This document shows, one piece after another, positions 1 through 12,859 of a DNA stretch of 64,000 nt (position 1 is its first letter; the number at the start of each line of letters is the position of its first letter). Both the position numbers and the translations under genes were made by a program. The stretch is from Camelus dromedarius (taxonomy: Eukaryota). Below the pieces are notes generated by a model. The model did no database searches. It was not told where the DNA came from and saw only the letters and a list, made by a program, of their open reading frames with translations. The DNA lies in NCBI RefSeq assembly GCF_036321535.1, contig NC_087437.1, forward strand, positions 36,396,001 through 36,460,000, written 5' to 3'.

Positions 1-310
1 ACTGATTTTTTAAAAGCATAACCAATTCAGAAATCATATAATTGAAATGTATCAAAATTAAAAACTTACTTTTGAGAAGTCATCATAGAATGAAAAAACA
101 CAAACCACATACTAGGGGAAATTATTTGCAAAGCAGATTATTTGTGGAAGGGCTTATATCTATGATTTATTTTTTTAAAATTCTCAAGACTAATAAAAAT
201 AATAAAAAATAGAAAAAATAAGCATTAGATTTGAATAGACAAGCAAATAATGTATACATTTCAAATAAGCGTATAAAGAAGCCTCAGTATATTTCAGGAA
301 AATGACATAT
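1..310 (+). mobile_element. Ancient L1M ORF2 3'-part fragment (decayed)
   Basis: A-rich + strand; degenerate matches to L1 ORF2 3' motifs (gggaaattatttgcaa..., aagggcttatatct..., gatttgaatagaca...). Runs off window start. Confidence 0.65.
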
Positions 311-339
311 ATAATTTTTTGCACAGTTATGTAAGGTAA

Positions 340-3070
340 GCACATTAAAAATACATGGACAAAAATTAAAAGAACAAAAGAAGAATATCTAATTTTATAA
401 ACTATTAGAATAGAAGAGGATGTGGAAAATAAAAGAACTAGAACATGGATCAGATAAATTCAGGAAATTTGAAAAAATAAAAAAAAGATAAAAAGTAGCA
501 AAATAAAATAATTAAGTATCAAATAAAAATTAATCATAATTAATGTAACTACTTCTACATTCTTGTAAAAAGAGACAGCTAGATATTAGAATGGATCTAA
601 ACTATTAACAAAATCCACTTTTATGCTGTTAACAATAGACTTACCAAAAATTAAGGATTAAAATTAATTAAAAGTAAGAAGAATTAAATATGTCCTATGT
701 AAGAATTAAACAAACAAAGCTAGAAAACAGTATGAATATAAAACAAAATATACTTTTAGTAAAACATTAAAAAATAAAGATGTTGATATTTGATATTAAA
801 AAGGAAAAGCATAGAGGCAAATAATTCTGAATTTGAGCATACCTAATTTCATAATTTCAAGAAATAATAAGTAATAAATTATACACGTGTATTATAAAAA
901 TTGCAAAATAATTGTCATTGAAATTACTACATAAAGCAGACAAAACAACTGTACAATTATAGATGATTTGAACAACGTTTAAGAGATGCTTGAGCTAAGA
1001 GATTTAAAGACTTATCAACCCTTAAATAAAAATACTTTGCTATGGCATAGGTTGAACATTTAAAAAATGACCTCATGATATGCCTTAAGGCAGGTAATAA
1101 GAGTATCAACAAATTTATATCATCCAAATGAAATACTCTTACCAGAATATAATACTGAAATAAATGCTAAACTTTTAAACCCAATATATTTGGAAATTAA
1201 AAAACAAACACACACATTTTTAAACATGTAATCTATTAGACAAAGAGAAATGACAATGGACATCATTAAACATTGGAAATAACAATAAAACAATATAAAG
1301 GAAAACCTGCACAGTGGTATTTAATAAATTTAGATGAAAATTATCTTAAATTTTTGGATTTCAAAAGTATTTATTTTTAAAAAGCTACCTAAACTTCCTT
1401 TTGGAGGTGAAAAAAAATCACCAGCGTTATCCAAGGAAAGTAAAAGGGAAAAAAAGTATTAAAGACCTCATATAATAAAATTTTTAAAAATCCTAAGGAG
1501 AATCAACACAACAAAGAACTAGTGCTTAAGGGAAAATAATTTTCAAAATTTCCAAAATGCCGATGTCTAAATCAAGAACAAAGGTTTGTGTATGCGCACA
1601 CTCACATACTCATACCCCTACACACACAGTCACACACATATGAATATTAATAATTAAAAGTGGTACAAAGATACAGGTAATATAGAGAATGAAAAGCTTT
1701 GTGCCCAAATGTTTGAAAATATCCATGAAATGTATATTTTTTGAAAAATGCAAATAACCAAGATCACTCAATAGGAAATAGAAAATCCAAAAAGAGGAGT
1801 AAGCACTAATAATATTGAAGTATTTGACCAGAATCCTCTATAAAAACAGACTTTTTCAAGTTTAAAAAAAGAAATAGATAACCAAATATTTACATAAACT
1901 ATTACATTTAAAAAGTGAAAGTAATTTCTCCAAACAATTTTACGAAATGAACACTATTTTTATGTAAAAATCATTAATAAAACACTATTAATCAAATTCA
2001 TTGGTGTATTAAAATACATCATTGCCCATTAGGACTTCCTAAGAGATGGAATATGTTCTAACCATTTTAAAGTATTTTAAATATTATTTAACAACCCACA
2101 ATTTTTTCCTTAATACATGTAAAAACTTTCACTGAAACTTAACACTCATTTACAAAGTCTCTCTTAAAGCACTAATACTAGGGAGAAATATTGTTAACCT
2201 GACAGAGTACACAAAACCTAAACCAAACAGCAACCTTAATAATAGTGATTTTATAATATTTCTATTGAAGTCAGAAACAGCAAAGTAAATTTCTATCAAC
2301 ATTTGTCTTTCTATAGGGTTGTAAAAGAAGGGAAAGTAAGAGGTACAAACCTCCAGTTACAAAATGAGTCTTGAGTGTGAAGTGTACAGTGTGTAGAATA
2401 AAAATTTTAAAAAAATTATAAAAGAAGAAAATAAAGTTGTTTTTTTTGTAGCTCATATAATTTTTGCATATGATATCCAAGAGAAATTACAAACTCAGAA
2501 CTAATGAGAGATTTAGTAAGTTTGCTTATTTAAATCAAATCAGCATAAGAAGTCAGAGTTTTCTGGAGCTATGTGCCAGCAGCAACTGTAAGGAAAAAAA
2601 AATGATATTATGAAAAAGATTATCCCTTTTGAAATGGCAATGAAATACATTTAAGTTCCTAAGAATAAATCCAACAAAGCTCAGCAAAAACCATTTCAAG
2701 GAAAAAAATTACTGAAAGATATAAAATGACTGAGTAAATATAAAAATATACAATGTTCATAACAATATGTACATTCCTTTAATTATCTCAAATACCATGC
2801 CATTCTAATTATAATTCCATTATATTTTTTGTGGTGGCAGTCAAAGTGTAGCTAATATTTATTGGAAACAGCAAGGGGCTCCAAATAACTAAAGCAATTC
2901 TGAAGAGTAGGAAGGGGAAAATTGCACCTACCAGGCTTATTATAAACTAAAAATTAAAATACTGTAGCATTGATGTAACTGTAGGAGAATAGATGACTGG
3001 ACTGTAATATGGCGCTCAGAAGCAGATTTTTGAATATGTGGAAAAATCATAGCTAACATAGGCCATTAAT
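340..3070 (+). mobile_element. Ancient, heavily decayed L1M (L1ME/L1M5-like) ORF2 remnant, endonuclease through RT region
   Basis: Very A-rich; colinear degenerate L1 ORF2 motifs (aattaatgtaact...; ttatgctgttaacaatagac; gagatttagtaagtttgct; ctaagaataaatccaacaaag; aaagcaattctgaaga). No open frame. Confidence 0.7.
2322..2427 (+). mobile_element. ~90-bp younger L1 3'UTR micro-insertion nested in the old L1, with 9-bp TSD
   Basis: aagaggtacaaacctccagttacaaaat matches the L1MA9-like 3'UTR (compare 27215-27290); A-rich tail; TAAAAGAAG at 2322-2330 and 2419-2427. Confidence 0.7.
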
Positions 3071-3199
3071 ATGAGATAATAAATGTTTGACCTTTTTTGA
3101 GGCTTCCCTTACTGCTGAAAACATGTTTACTATTTCTAAACATTCAGTAGGTGCATTGAAAGGACAGTTAAACCAGTTGATGAATAAAGGATATATGCC

Positions 3200-4560
3200 A
3201 AATAGTTCAAGCTTATTAACAGTGTTGACCGATTAATAATTGGGTGAATATATTGAAATTTCCACTGTGTTGGAATACATGGTTAAATTAATTTTTCTGT
3301 ATTCCCTTTAAGGCTTTTTTGTTAAATTTATATTTGAATGTCTTGATGAATTAACCTTTCATCATTACAAAGTGTCTCTTTCTTTATAGTGGTTTTCTTA
3401 AAGTATATTATTTATTTGATGAATATAGATAAATATATATTGTGGTTAGTATTTGCCTGATATAACTTTTAATATTTCTTTACTTTCAACATCTATTGAT
3501 ACTATTATGCTCCAGGTTTTTTTCCTAAAAACTATATTGTCTTAAAAATAAGATTAAATAGATAAGAATATAGATAAAAATACAATATGAAAATCTTTCA
3601 CTTTCAAAAAGTGACTTTAATCCATTTATATTTATGGTGATTACTGATCTATTTGCGCTATCATTTACATTTATTTACACATTTTCTGCATTTTTATATT
3701 ACCTGTTTCTGTTTCTTGCAATTGAAAATTGATGTGATTTTGTTGCTGTTGTTTATTTCTCTTCTTCTTTAGAAGAGTTTTTGAAAGCTTCTGTCATGAT
3801 AGTAAACCACCTCAGGTTTGACCTTAAATGTTTAATTTCACTTATTTTATAAGATAATTTTTTTATTACTGATATTTTTATTTATTTTGGAAAACACTCA
3901 GTCATTGCTTCTTCAAATGTTGCTTCTGTCCATTTCCATTTCTCTAGTTTTCTTATGGAAAGGAAATTGAGGTAATATATTTTCTAACTTTTGCCAGAAA
4001 TCTGCATACTTTTAATCCTCTGATTTTTTTTCTTCCTGTTTCCCTCTGTCATAGTGCTCTCTAACCTTGTGTCCTGCTTTAAACAGTGTGTTTGGCTGTT
4101 ACACTTAACTGCCGATAGTTTAGCTTCAGGCATTTTTTTTTCCTGTTCTAAAATATGTATTTGATTTTTTCTGTGTAGATTCAGGTTCTATGTTGAAATT
4201 TTCATTTTGTCTCTACTGTCCATTTTCCTCTACTTTTCATAAAATATCAATAATAATTTTTTTAAAGTCTTATGTGAAAATTCCAATATCTAGATCTCTT
4301 GTGGTTCCATTTCTATTTATTGGTTTATCTTTCGGTTTGGGTCATTGTGTCCCATTTCTTCTTATGCCACTTAATTTTTTTTCAGGATACTAGAGATTAT
4401 GGATGAAAAACTGCAGGGAATATGAGTAAGATTTTCTCCCTCTGCTACAGCTAAAACTTCTTCTCCAAACAAGTAGAGCACTAGTGATTGACTGATCTTT
4501 CTAAGGCTTGACTATTTTGGGAATAGGTCTATTTCAAGTTTGCTTTTATTCCTGGAATAT
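3200..4560 (-). mobile_element. Ancient L1M (L1ME-like) EN/ORF1/5' region, decayed
   Basis: T-rich; antisense L1 motifs cctttcatcattacaaagtgtctct, ggttagtatttgcctgatata, cagtcattgcttcttcaaat. Confidence 0.65.
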
Positions 4561-4599
4561 AGCAGTTTCTTAAAAGGCATATTCTATGCCCTATGCCCT

Positions 4600-4930
4600 A
4601 TTTACATCATGTTTAAGAAGTCTTCACTATTTAAAGCCATGAATATATATATCCTATGGTTTATTCCAAAGTATTTAATATTTAGTTTTTACATCTAGGG
4701 CTGCAATCCACCTGGAATTTATTTTTGTTTACAGAATAAGGGAGGGGCAAAAATATGTTTTATTTTCTATATGGTTAAGTTGATTCTGCACAATTTTTTG
4801 AAAAAAATGTTCTTATCCGCTACATTGTGGTGCCTTCTTTGTCACAGATCATGTTACCATGTAAGTGTGAGGTTTTTTGGTGAATGAAAGTAAAATATGA
4901 CTCATCCATTGGTCCTTTAATTATCTCCTT
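4600..4930 (-). mobile_element. Old L1M ORF2 3' fragment
   Basis: Antisense motif ttttacatctagggctgcaatccacctggaatttattttt. Confidence 0.65.
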
Positions 4931-5209
4931 TTTTGCACACAGCACTTCTTATTAAGGAAATAAAAACCTTCACAGTTTTCCCCCTGGGAGTCACATGTTT
5001 GGGTCTCATTTTTCAAGATTGGATGCAGAATCTAATTACTGGTAAGGAGAATGAGGACAAAATAATTCAAGTGATTATTTTGGAAGTTAACATGCTCCTG
5101 AACACAAAGAAATAGCGCAGACTTAAATTAGGATTTGCCAAAAAAAAAAAAAAAAAAAAGTAATGTGAGTGAAAGTTGCTACACTGACATTCTAAAAACA
5201 AAATGCCCA

Positions 5210-5360
5210 TAAACCCTTACAAGACAAGGACTTTGGAGCCATTTATCCCAATATAATAGCTGAGAAAACTAAGGCACAGAGAGATTAACTTGCTCAAAGA
5301 TACATGGTTTGTAAGTTGGTAAAGAAAAAAATTGATCCGGAGTATTAATCTCAGAGAGAT
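5210..5360 (-). mobile_element. MIR SINE core
   Basis: gagaaaactaaggcacagagagattaacttgctcaaagatacat is the reverse complement of the MIR core. Confidence 0.75.
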
Positions 5361-7189
5361 ATAATTTTCATTCAGTTATTTCTCCTAAAGGCAAACTTCA
5401 ATTTTTAAAAATGAGTTAATGTTCCAGCTCTTCCACTTTTCTTACATGCAGTCTCAGCTAAGTTATTTAATATCTGAGAACATTACTCTACACTGTTAAA
5501 TAAGTAGAAAAAAAATCTACCATGATTCCTTCAGAAAATTAACTGGGTCTCAAAGTAACATGAATTTTGAAATGCCTTTTAAACACTGCATGCACTGCAA
5601 ACATTACCATAAATGTTAACATTTTTGTACCCTCATGTTCTGACAATCAGGAATTAACTCCATAATCCTAAGGTGATTGACTCAAGGCTCAAAGAAGTTA
5701 TTATATTATTAGCTCTGAGTGCCGTCATTATTGACGTGTCCTAATTGTTCATTGTCTTTTTCACAGTCACATTACATTGTTGGCTCAATCACTGGCAGCC
5801 AAACCAAATCCCTAAATAATTGCAAGCATTATTATTGCAGAGTTTTATCTTTACTTCAACTGAATTTCATTTAGTTCTTCTAATTCTTTTGATCTAGTAT
5901 ATTGAATTGTTATAAAATGTCAATTTTACCATCTGATTCACTGTTCTCAAGACAATGACAATAAGTATGATTGTTGTACTTTAACCTTATGCTTTATTAA
6001 AATATTGAATATGATGGGAAAGAGCCTAGAATAATGTGTTATACCTCAATAATTTGAAAATTAGTATTTTCCCATAAGAGAGAATGATGTCAGTTAGCTC
6101 ATCATGAATTTTAATTTCTTTGTCTAAATTCCATTTTTTCTAAATATTAGTTAGGGGTTTTCTTGTCTGTTTTTCTCAATACTCCAGTGTCTTCCACCTT
6201 TTTAGAGTATTAGAAGTATCATCACAATAATTTGATCCACTGCAATTACTGAGACTTTGGTACCATTTTTTGTAATCATACTTTCAAGTATTTTGACAAC
6301 ATTTGATTGAAATTAATACGGTCATGACATCAAGGCCATACTTAAATAATTTTTTTTTAATCTCCCCATGTATCTTGGTTTAGATCATTTTTAACCTTTC
6401 TATTTCTAAATAATTATTTTTGATAAAAAATATGAAAAAAAATCTGAGTAGTTTTACTTTCTCCATGTGATATTTTAATATAATTCTATGAGCTATGACT
6501 AATAGTTTATTTGCCATAATCTCTCCTGGAACTTCTATAAATCATTTGAAGTTTCTTGGGATTGTTTTATACATACATAGTTATTTATTTATTTATCACA
6601 TTAACTAAAAACATACAGTTTTTGTATTTTCTACAAATAAATAAAGCACCTATTTGAATTGAAATTAGTTCTTTTAGTAAAAACTTTTTGATATTAAATT
6701 ATAATCATAAATTATCTTCATTACAATATATTTTTATTGAATAAAAATAGAAAAGGTGAAGAAAGGCACAAAGATGAAATACTTGCATCCTCAAAAGCTT
6801 AAGTTGATATGGTCACTAGGTGCTAAACTCAATGAGTAAAAATCGCTAATATTCTATATTGAAATATAGAATGCCATAGTAGGGAGAAAATCCAAATCTG
6901 TATAGAAACAAACAAGTCAGCTCTAAAGAGTGTATGTCAGACTACAATCTGAGATCAAAGAAACATCAGCACCTCTGAACTCTAGAATATAACAGAACAA
7001 TTGTTTTGGAATTCTGAAATAAAATCACTTTCACTTGACATTTGTATAATAAGACAAACTGGCAGTTTGACTTCAGAATTAAGATATTTGTCAAATTTGA
7101 AAATGTTTTTGTTAGTCAGCTTTTGGAATATAACTCTACACAAAAACTACCTGCAAACCAAGAGTTGTCCAACTAAATGTTAAGCTCAT

Positions 7190-7500
7190 AGGACCTCAGC
7201 TCAGCTGGACAGCCTCTTTTCCAGGTGAGCCAACTGTGAATTACTTGGGGTAGATTGACTCCACATGTCTATTCAGAGATCACATTGGAGAGTCAGTACC
7301 TGCTTTGGGCATTCTCCTCATGGTGAAGATTGGAAACTCCTAGTGGTCCAGCAGAGATATATAATGGCTCTTATGGCCCATAGTTAGAAATCATTCTTTC
7401 ATTTCAATTCACATTCGATGAACTAAAGCAAGTCACATGGTGAGACTCAACATTAGTGAGATGGGAAAGTAGAATCATCCTCTCAAGTTAGTAAAAGAGA
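7190..7500 (-). mobile_element. Old MaLR LTR (MLT1J/K/L-like) fragment
   Basis: cacattcgatgaactaaagcaagtcacatggtgagactcaacattagtgagatgggaaagtagaatc is typical of antisense old MLT1. Confidence 0.7.
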
Positions 7501-8779
7501 AAAAAATATATATGGGCAAAATAATTTACCATACAAATGTAGCCTTTAGTGCAGTCTTTCTACTTGAAGAAGTGGTAGAGAAAAACATGACTGTGAACCA
7601 AAATGATGGACATCATGGGATTTAGATATCAATAGATATAATCCAAGAGAAAGTGAAAATAATGCAAGACAGTAGCTGAGTAGTACACAGAGACCAAACC
7701 AACCAAATTGGAACAGGAGAATAGAGGACTTCAGAGAAAAGGGGCACTTGGTCAAATAAGTTTTGGAGATTTGGAGATTTCAGACAATGGAAAATATGGT
7801 AACAAAAAACATTACAAAGTACAATTAAAATGGCGGAAAAACAAAAAATAAAAGCAGGTAAAAAAGCCTTACACACATATGTTAAAAAAAATACATATAT
7901 TCTTTAAGTGAGCCCAAAATTTTGATTTTCTACCCACTGAGATTAAGTGTAATACTACTTCAGTATGTGCAGTTTTGTTTAATGATACTGATATAATAAA
8001 ATGTTTTAAATTGATTTATATACTTCATAATTTTTCATATTATTACAATTTACAGACAAGGTAGAGAATAATTACTTGTGATTGTAAGAAATAATATAAA
8101 TATTAAAAAGGAAGGGAATAGATTATAGAATTCAGAAAATTTCAGTGAAGAAGGAAAGATGCAGGAAGACTGAACTATACTTCTTTTTGAATATAAGTTT
8201 TAAAAAAAGATATTTTTACTCAGATCACATTGACTCTGAAATAAAGTAAGAAATTTCTAGTAGAAATAAATTATGTTAATTATTTTATTATTAAATTTTA
8301 TTATAAATTATGTTGATAATAAAATGTGAAAATGTGGTATGTGAAAATAGTTTTACTATGTAAAATAAATGGGAAGTTTTTGGCAACAGTAATACAAATT
8401 TTATCATACAAAAACCAAAGTCCTGTTAGTAAACTTTAAATTGAGTAGGTAAGCATTGTAAATATCTTACTTTTTGCATAAAGTTTATTCTTATTTTATA
8501 TAAGATTCTGAGTAACAAAAATGTCATAAAAATTGCATAAGAAGATCCTATATTGTTACAATTTCTCATTCTTATATGAGAGATTGAGAAAACTGCTTTC
8601 AAAAGAAAAATAATTTGGATATTTACAAATGTGCATAATATCTAGACAAATAATTTGATTTTAGAAAGGTCCTTATACCTTTGGCCCAAAGAAAGGTTCA
8701 TTTACAAATTTAATAATAGCACCAAAAAGAATAGAATCAAAAATTATCTACTAAGCTCTCAGAGTGCTGAGATATGTAG

Positions 8780-8970
8780 TCTTACAACATTGTGTGATTT
8801 AATATAACTTTCACATAAACTTTGCAAGTCAGATGCTGTTATCATTCTTCGTTATAAGTAGAGTCAGAGAAAGGTTTAAGACTTAGACCAAGGTAAGACA
8901 ATGCTTTAAGTGGCAGACAGTATTCTAATACTATTTTTCTGACTCTAAAACGTGTTCTTAATCATAGTAC
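8780..8970 (-). mobile_element. MIR SINE
   Basis: gagtcagagaaaggtttaagacttagaccaaggt...gtggcagac...tctgactctaaa. Confidence 0.65.
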
Positions 8971-8984
8971 ACTTTCTTTAATTT

Positions 8985-9104
8985 TATTTACTTATTCATT
9001 CAGTTATTTGTTCGATACACATGTACTGGAGAATTTCTTAAATTGTCAGACAATGTATTAGATGATGGAAGAATAGGGAGTGAAAATAAGTCTTGTAGTT
9101 ATTC
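8985..9104 (-). mobile_element. L2 3' end, interrupted by MLT2 (resumes ~9666-9710)
   Basis: ttattcattcagttatttgttcgatacacatgtactg matches the antisense L2 terminus; ttagtctaactggggtggg continues the L2 pattern after the LTR. Confidence 0.55.
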
Positions 9105-9665
9105 TGTGATAGTTACTTTTATGTGTCAACTTGACTGCATCATGGGATGCCTTGATAGCTGGTTAAACAGTATTTCTCACTGTGTCTGTGAGAGTGTTTC
9201 TGGAAGAAATTAGCATTTAAATTGGTAGACCTAGTGAAGCAGACTTCCTTCCCCTAAGTAATTGAGCCTCATCCAATCCACTGAGAGTCTGAATAGGACA
9301 AAAAGGTAGAGGAAGCTGAAATTTGCCCTCTGTTTGTGCCTGAGTGTATGAGGTGAAATAGGGATCTCTTCCTGTCCTGGCATCCTTAGTTCGCAGGTCT
9401 TCAGGCTAAGACTGGAATCTATACCACAACTCTTTGCTCTCAGGCCATCGATATACACCACCGACCTTACTGTGTCTCCAACTTGCAGATGGCAGATCAT
9501 GGGACTTAGACTCCATCATCATGTGAGCTAATACCTCTAATAGATCTCTTTACATATAATACTATATATATATGTGTGTGAATATATATACACACACACA
9601 CACACAAAAGCATGGACACAGGGACACACACTATTGGTTCTGTTTCTTAGGAGAACTCTAATACA
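9105..9665 (+). mobile_element. MLT2 (ERVL) solo LTR with internal (TA)/(CA) repeat
   Basis: Starts tgtgatagttacttttatgtgtcaacttgact and ends ctattggttctgtttcttaggagaactctaataca; TG...CA termini. Confidence 0.9.
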
Positions 9666-10417
9666 AGTTACTTAGTAATTTAGTCTAACTGGGGTGGGTA
9701 AACATATATTGTAACATGGACAAAAATATTAATGCAAAATATTCATTACCTTTGCTCCTCAATATTGCTTTCCTACCCAAACACACAGGCTTAAGTGTGA
9801 ACTTTCTTTAAAAAACTGATTTTTTTTCTTTCTGAGTTGTCTATTTTATCTTCCAGATACAAAGGATAAAGATAATGGCTAATTATTGAGAGAAAAAAAA
9901 GTGTAACTGGGAGACCAGTCTGTAGTACCCAGCTAGCAACGTAACAGAATATGTTTTTATGTGTGTAGTGTGCCTGAGAGAAATGGAGAGAAAAGAGATT
10001 AGTCAGAGGCATATATGAAAAATGAGAGGAAGATATATAAAAGAGCCATAGAGGTTGAATTTAATGAAAATTTGGAGGAAACTACAAAAAGATTTTAAGG
10101 AGCAGCTGCTAGAAGGAAGGATATTTGGAGCTACTATATATGTGTGAGAGATGTTTATATTTAAAGATATTTTTCTGTGCAGTTACTCTCTCCACTCTCA
10201 GTTCCTAGGTCAGATGATTGTGGGTTTATGTTTCAGTTACTATTAGGGTTGTATTTCTTTCTACATGATACTGCATAAACATTGGGTCTCAAAAACAAAG
10301 TGTCATCTACGTCTTAGTTCTAACTGTGGCCATATTTAGAGCAGTTTTAATTGAAAAAAGGAGGTAATATTAAGATATATATATATTTAGAAATTGTCTA
10401 TATTCCACATTGTAGAC

Positions 10418-10532
10418 ATGAATTTAGTGATTTTTTTAGATTCTGATTTTTTTTATTGAAGTGAAGTCGATTTACAGTATTAGTTTCAGGTGTACAGTCA
10501 AATGATTCAGTTATATGTACACACACACACAC

Positions 10533-10581
<49 letters not shown>

Positions 10582-10783
10582 GATTCTATGTACAAACCAG
10601 AAATAGACTTAGACTCACAGACAAAGAAAACAAACTGTCGTTACCAGAGGGAAAAGAGGGGAGGGATAGATTAGGAGTTTGGGATTAAAAGATACACATT
10701 ACTATATATAAAATAAGTAACAAGGACCAACTGTATAGCACAGGAAACTATATTCAATTTCTTGTAATGAATTTAGTGATTTT
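10418..10783 (-). mobile_element. 5'-inverted (twin-primed) short L1 3'UTR insertion with 17-bp TSD
   Basis: ATGAATTTAGTGATTTT at 10418-10434 and 10767-10783; minus-strand terminal part ~10435-10587; plus-strand upstream part 10588-10768. Confidence 0.88.
10519..10578. repeat. Compound (CA)n(TA)n microsatellite inside L1 3'UTR
   Basis: Seen directly. Confidence 0.95.
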
Positions 10784-10862
10784 ACTTGCAAAATAATGTA
10801 TAGAACATTTTGATGAAATTTTGGCAACTTAATGTAGTCATACAATATAATGTTGCATTTAA

Positions 10863-11045
10863 ATATGATTTTTTTCTTTCTTTTTTATTGAAGCATAGTT
10901 GATTTACAATGTTGTGTTATTTCTGGTGTACAATATAGTGATTCATTTATACATATTTATATGTATATGTATATATAAAATACTACTTTTCACATTCTTT
11001 TAAATTATAGACCATTCCAAGGTATTGAATATATATGATTTTTTT
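10863..11045 (-). mobile_element. Short 5'-truncated L1 3' end with ~13-bp TSD
   Basis: T-tract then ttattgaagcatagttgatttacaatgttgtgtta; ATATGATTTTTTT at 10863-10875 and 11033-11045. Confidence 0.85.
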
Positions 11046-12148
11046 ATCATGAAATTTATTTTCAGTTCAGAAAGAAATACCATTGCAAGATGAAATACAG
11101 TTTGCTTTTGTCATTGTCCTGTGACATTTCCATTCAAGTATAATGTTGGAGAGCTATATTAGAACTCTATGTGAAATAACTTTGATGCCTAAAATATTGA
11201 ATTTACCAGAATTATAATAGATTTTTGAAATGCATAATATGTTGTATGAGTGTAAGACACCAAAATATAACCATATCTCTTAAGCTTATATTATATTATC
11301 CCTATTTTACATATTATAAAATCACCTATTTTATTAACTGAGGGGAATTAGTTATAATATTGCTTGCAGTTTTTTGACACTCATACTTTTAGAAGTTCAT
11401 ATGTGAATCTCCCAGACACAAACACCAATAATTATTTTCTAATACAGCGAGTTAAAAGATACAAATTTCTTCTCAGATAGTTTTAAGAAAACTGTGCAAA
11501 TTAGGCCTAGCTCTTCTCTAGAATCACTTGTGTTCTGATTTTCTCTGACCTTGAATAGTACAAGTCTTCCTATTGCTTTACTTAGTTTCCACTCCTTTTT
11601 CTTCTTTCAATTTTCTTTGAAACCAAGGTCAGACCTGCTATATCAGTTCCCTACAGAGTAAGAAATGGCTTATGAGAAAGTACAGGAGCTATTTGGGGTT
11701 AGAGATATAGCTTAAAGGGAAACATCTAAAGACAGAAAAGTTGGAAAGGCCCAAAGGTTTTATGTGCAACCCTTAAAGGAAAAGAAAAGAAAGGTTACAT
11801 GTATACTAAAACAATATATGAGTTAATTTCAACTTTGATAGAAAGTTCTTTCAGAGCCTGAATAAAACAGTTATAAGTAACTGCAATTTTAAGGGAGTTT
11901 TATTTATTGTTAGAGCAGAACTGTATTATGTATTATATAATATTTAACATTTTCAGGATAGTATTCCTCATTATTTTAGTTGTTCAAGTGTGCAAAATCT
12001 GTTTCAACAGCTCTTATAGAGACAATGATAACTATCCAATTTATAAACATTTATGGTTCTAATATGTGAATGAAAAGGGAATGAGAAGTAAACCACAGTG
12101 CTCTTTTGCTTCTGATGCCTAAATCTAAAATAAAGCATGTTAGAAATA

Positions 12149-12178
12149 CACACACACACACACACACAGACACACACA
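12149..12178. repeat. (CA)n microsatellite, one interruption
   Basis: Seen directly. Confidence 0.95.
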
Positions 12179-12292
12179 TTTTTATACCCTGTAGGTTTAT
12201 AGTTGCATAAATTTGCAAGTGTAAAATCAATGATATGAAAAAGTTAGAATCAAACATGGATATCACATGCTATAGAAGATTATATAACCCCA

Positions 12293-12755
12293 TATATCAG
12301 TTTCTTAGGGATCCTCTAACAAAGTATCACAAAATGGGTGACTCAATACCACGGAAATTTATTCTCTGACAGTTCTGGAGGGTCTAAATCTGAAACCAAG
12401 GTGTAAACAGGGCCATACTCTCTCTGCAGGCTCTAGGAAAGAAATCTCTTTGCTGCTTTCTAGCGTCTGGTCTTGCTGACAATTCTTGGCATTCTTTGGC
12501 TATTGCTCCATCACTCCAGTTTCTACCTCTGTCCTCATGTGGTTATCTTTCCTCTACAGGTGTATCTGTGTACAAATTTCTCTCATCTTATAAAGATAGC
12601 AGTCATTGGGTTTAGGCTCCTGCTAATCCAGTGTAATCTCATTTTAACTTGATTACATTCTCAGAGACCCTATTTCTAAATAAGGGCTTATTTAGAGATA
12701 CTGGGGATTAGGACTAGACCATGCCTTTTGGAATAACACAATTCAGCCCAGTACA
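12293..12755 (-). mobile_element. MaLR solo LTR (MLT1C-like)
   Basis: ggaaatttattctctgacagttctggagg...caaggtgtaaacagggccatactc...acaattcagcccagtaca. Confidence 0.88.
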
Positions 12756-12859
12756 CTGAATGTTATTAAAGAGATCTTTGAAATTCATTTGGTTTGTTTC
12801 AGCCTATTTAACAAATGAGTTTCACTTGTCTCCAAATTTTGTGATTTCTAGATCTTAGA

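Noticed and set aside
5140..5159. Isolated A-tract (also 55747-55769) as a retrocopy tail
   Set aside because: No TSD or upstream transcript-like body found; treated as a simple mononucleotide run.
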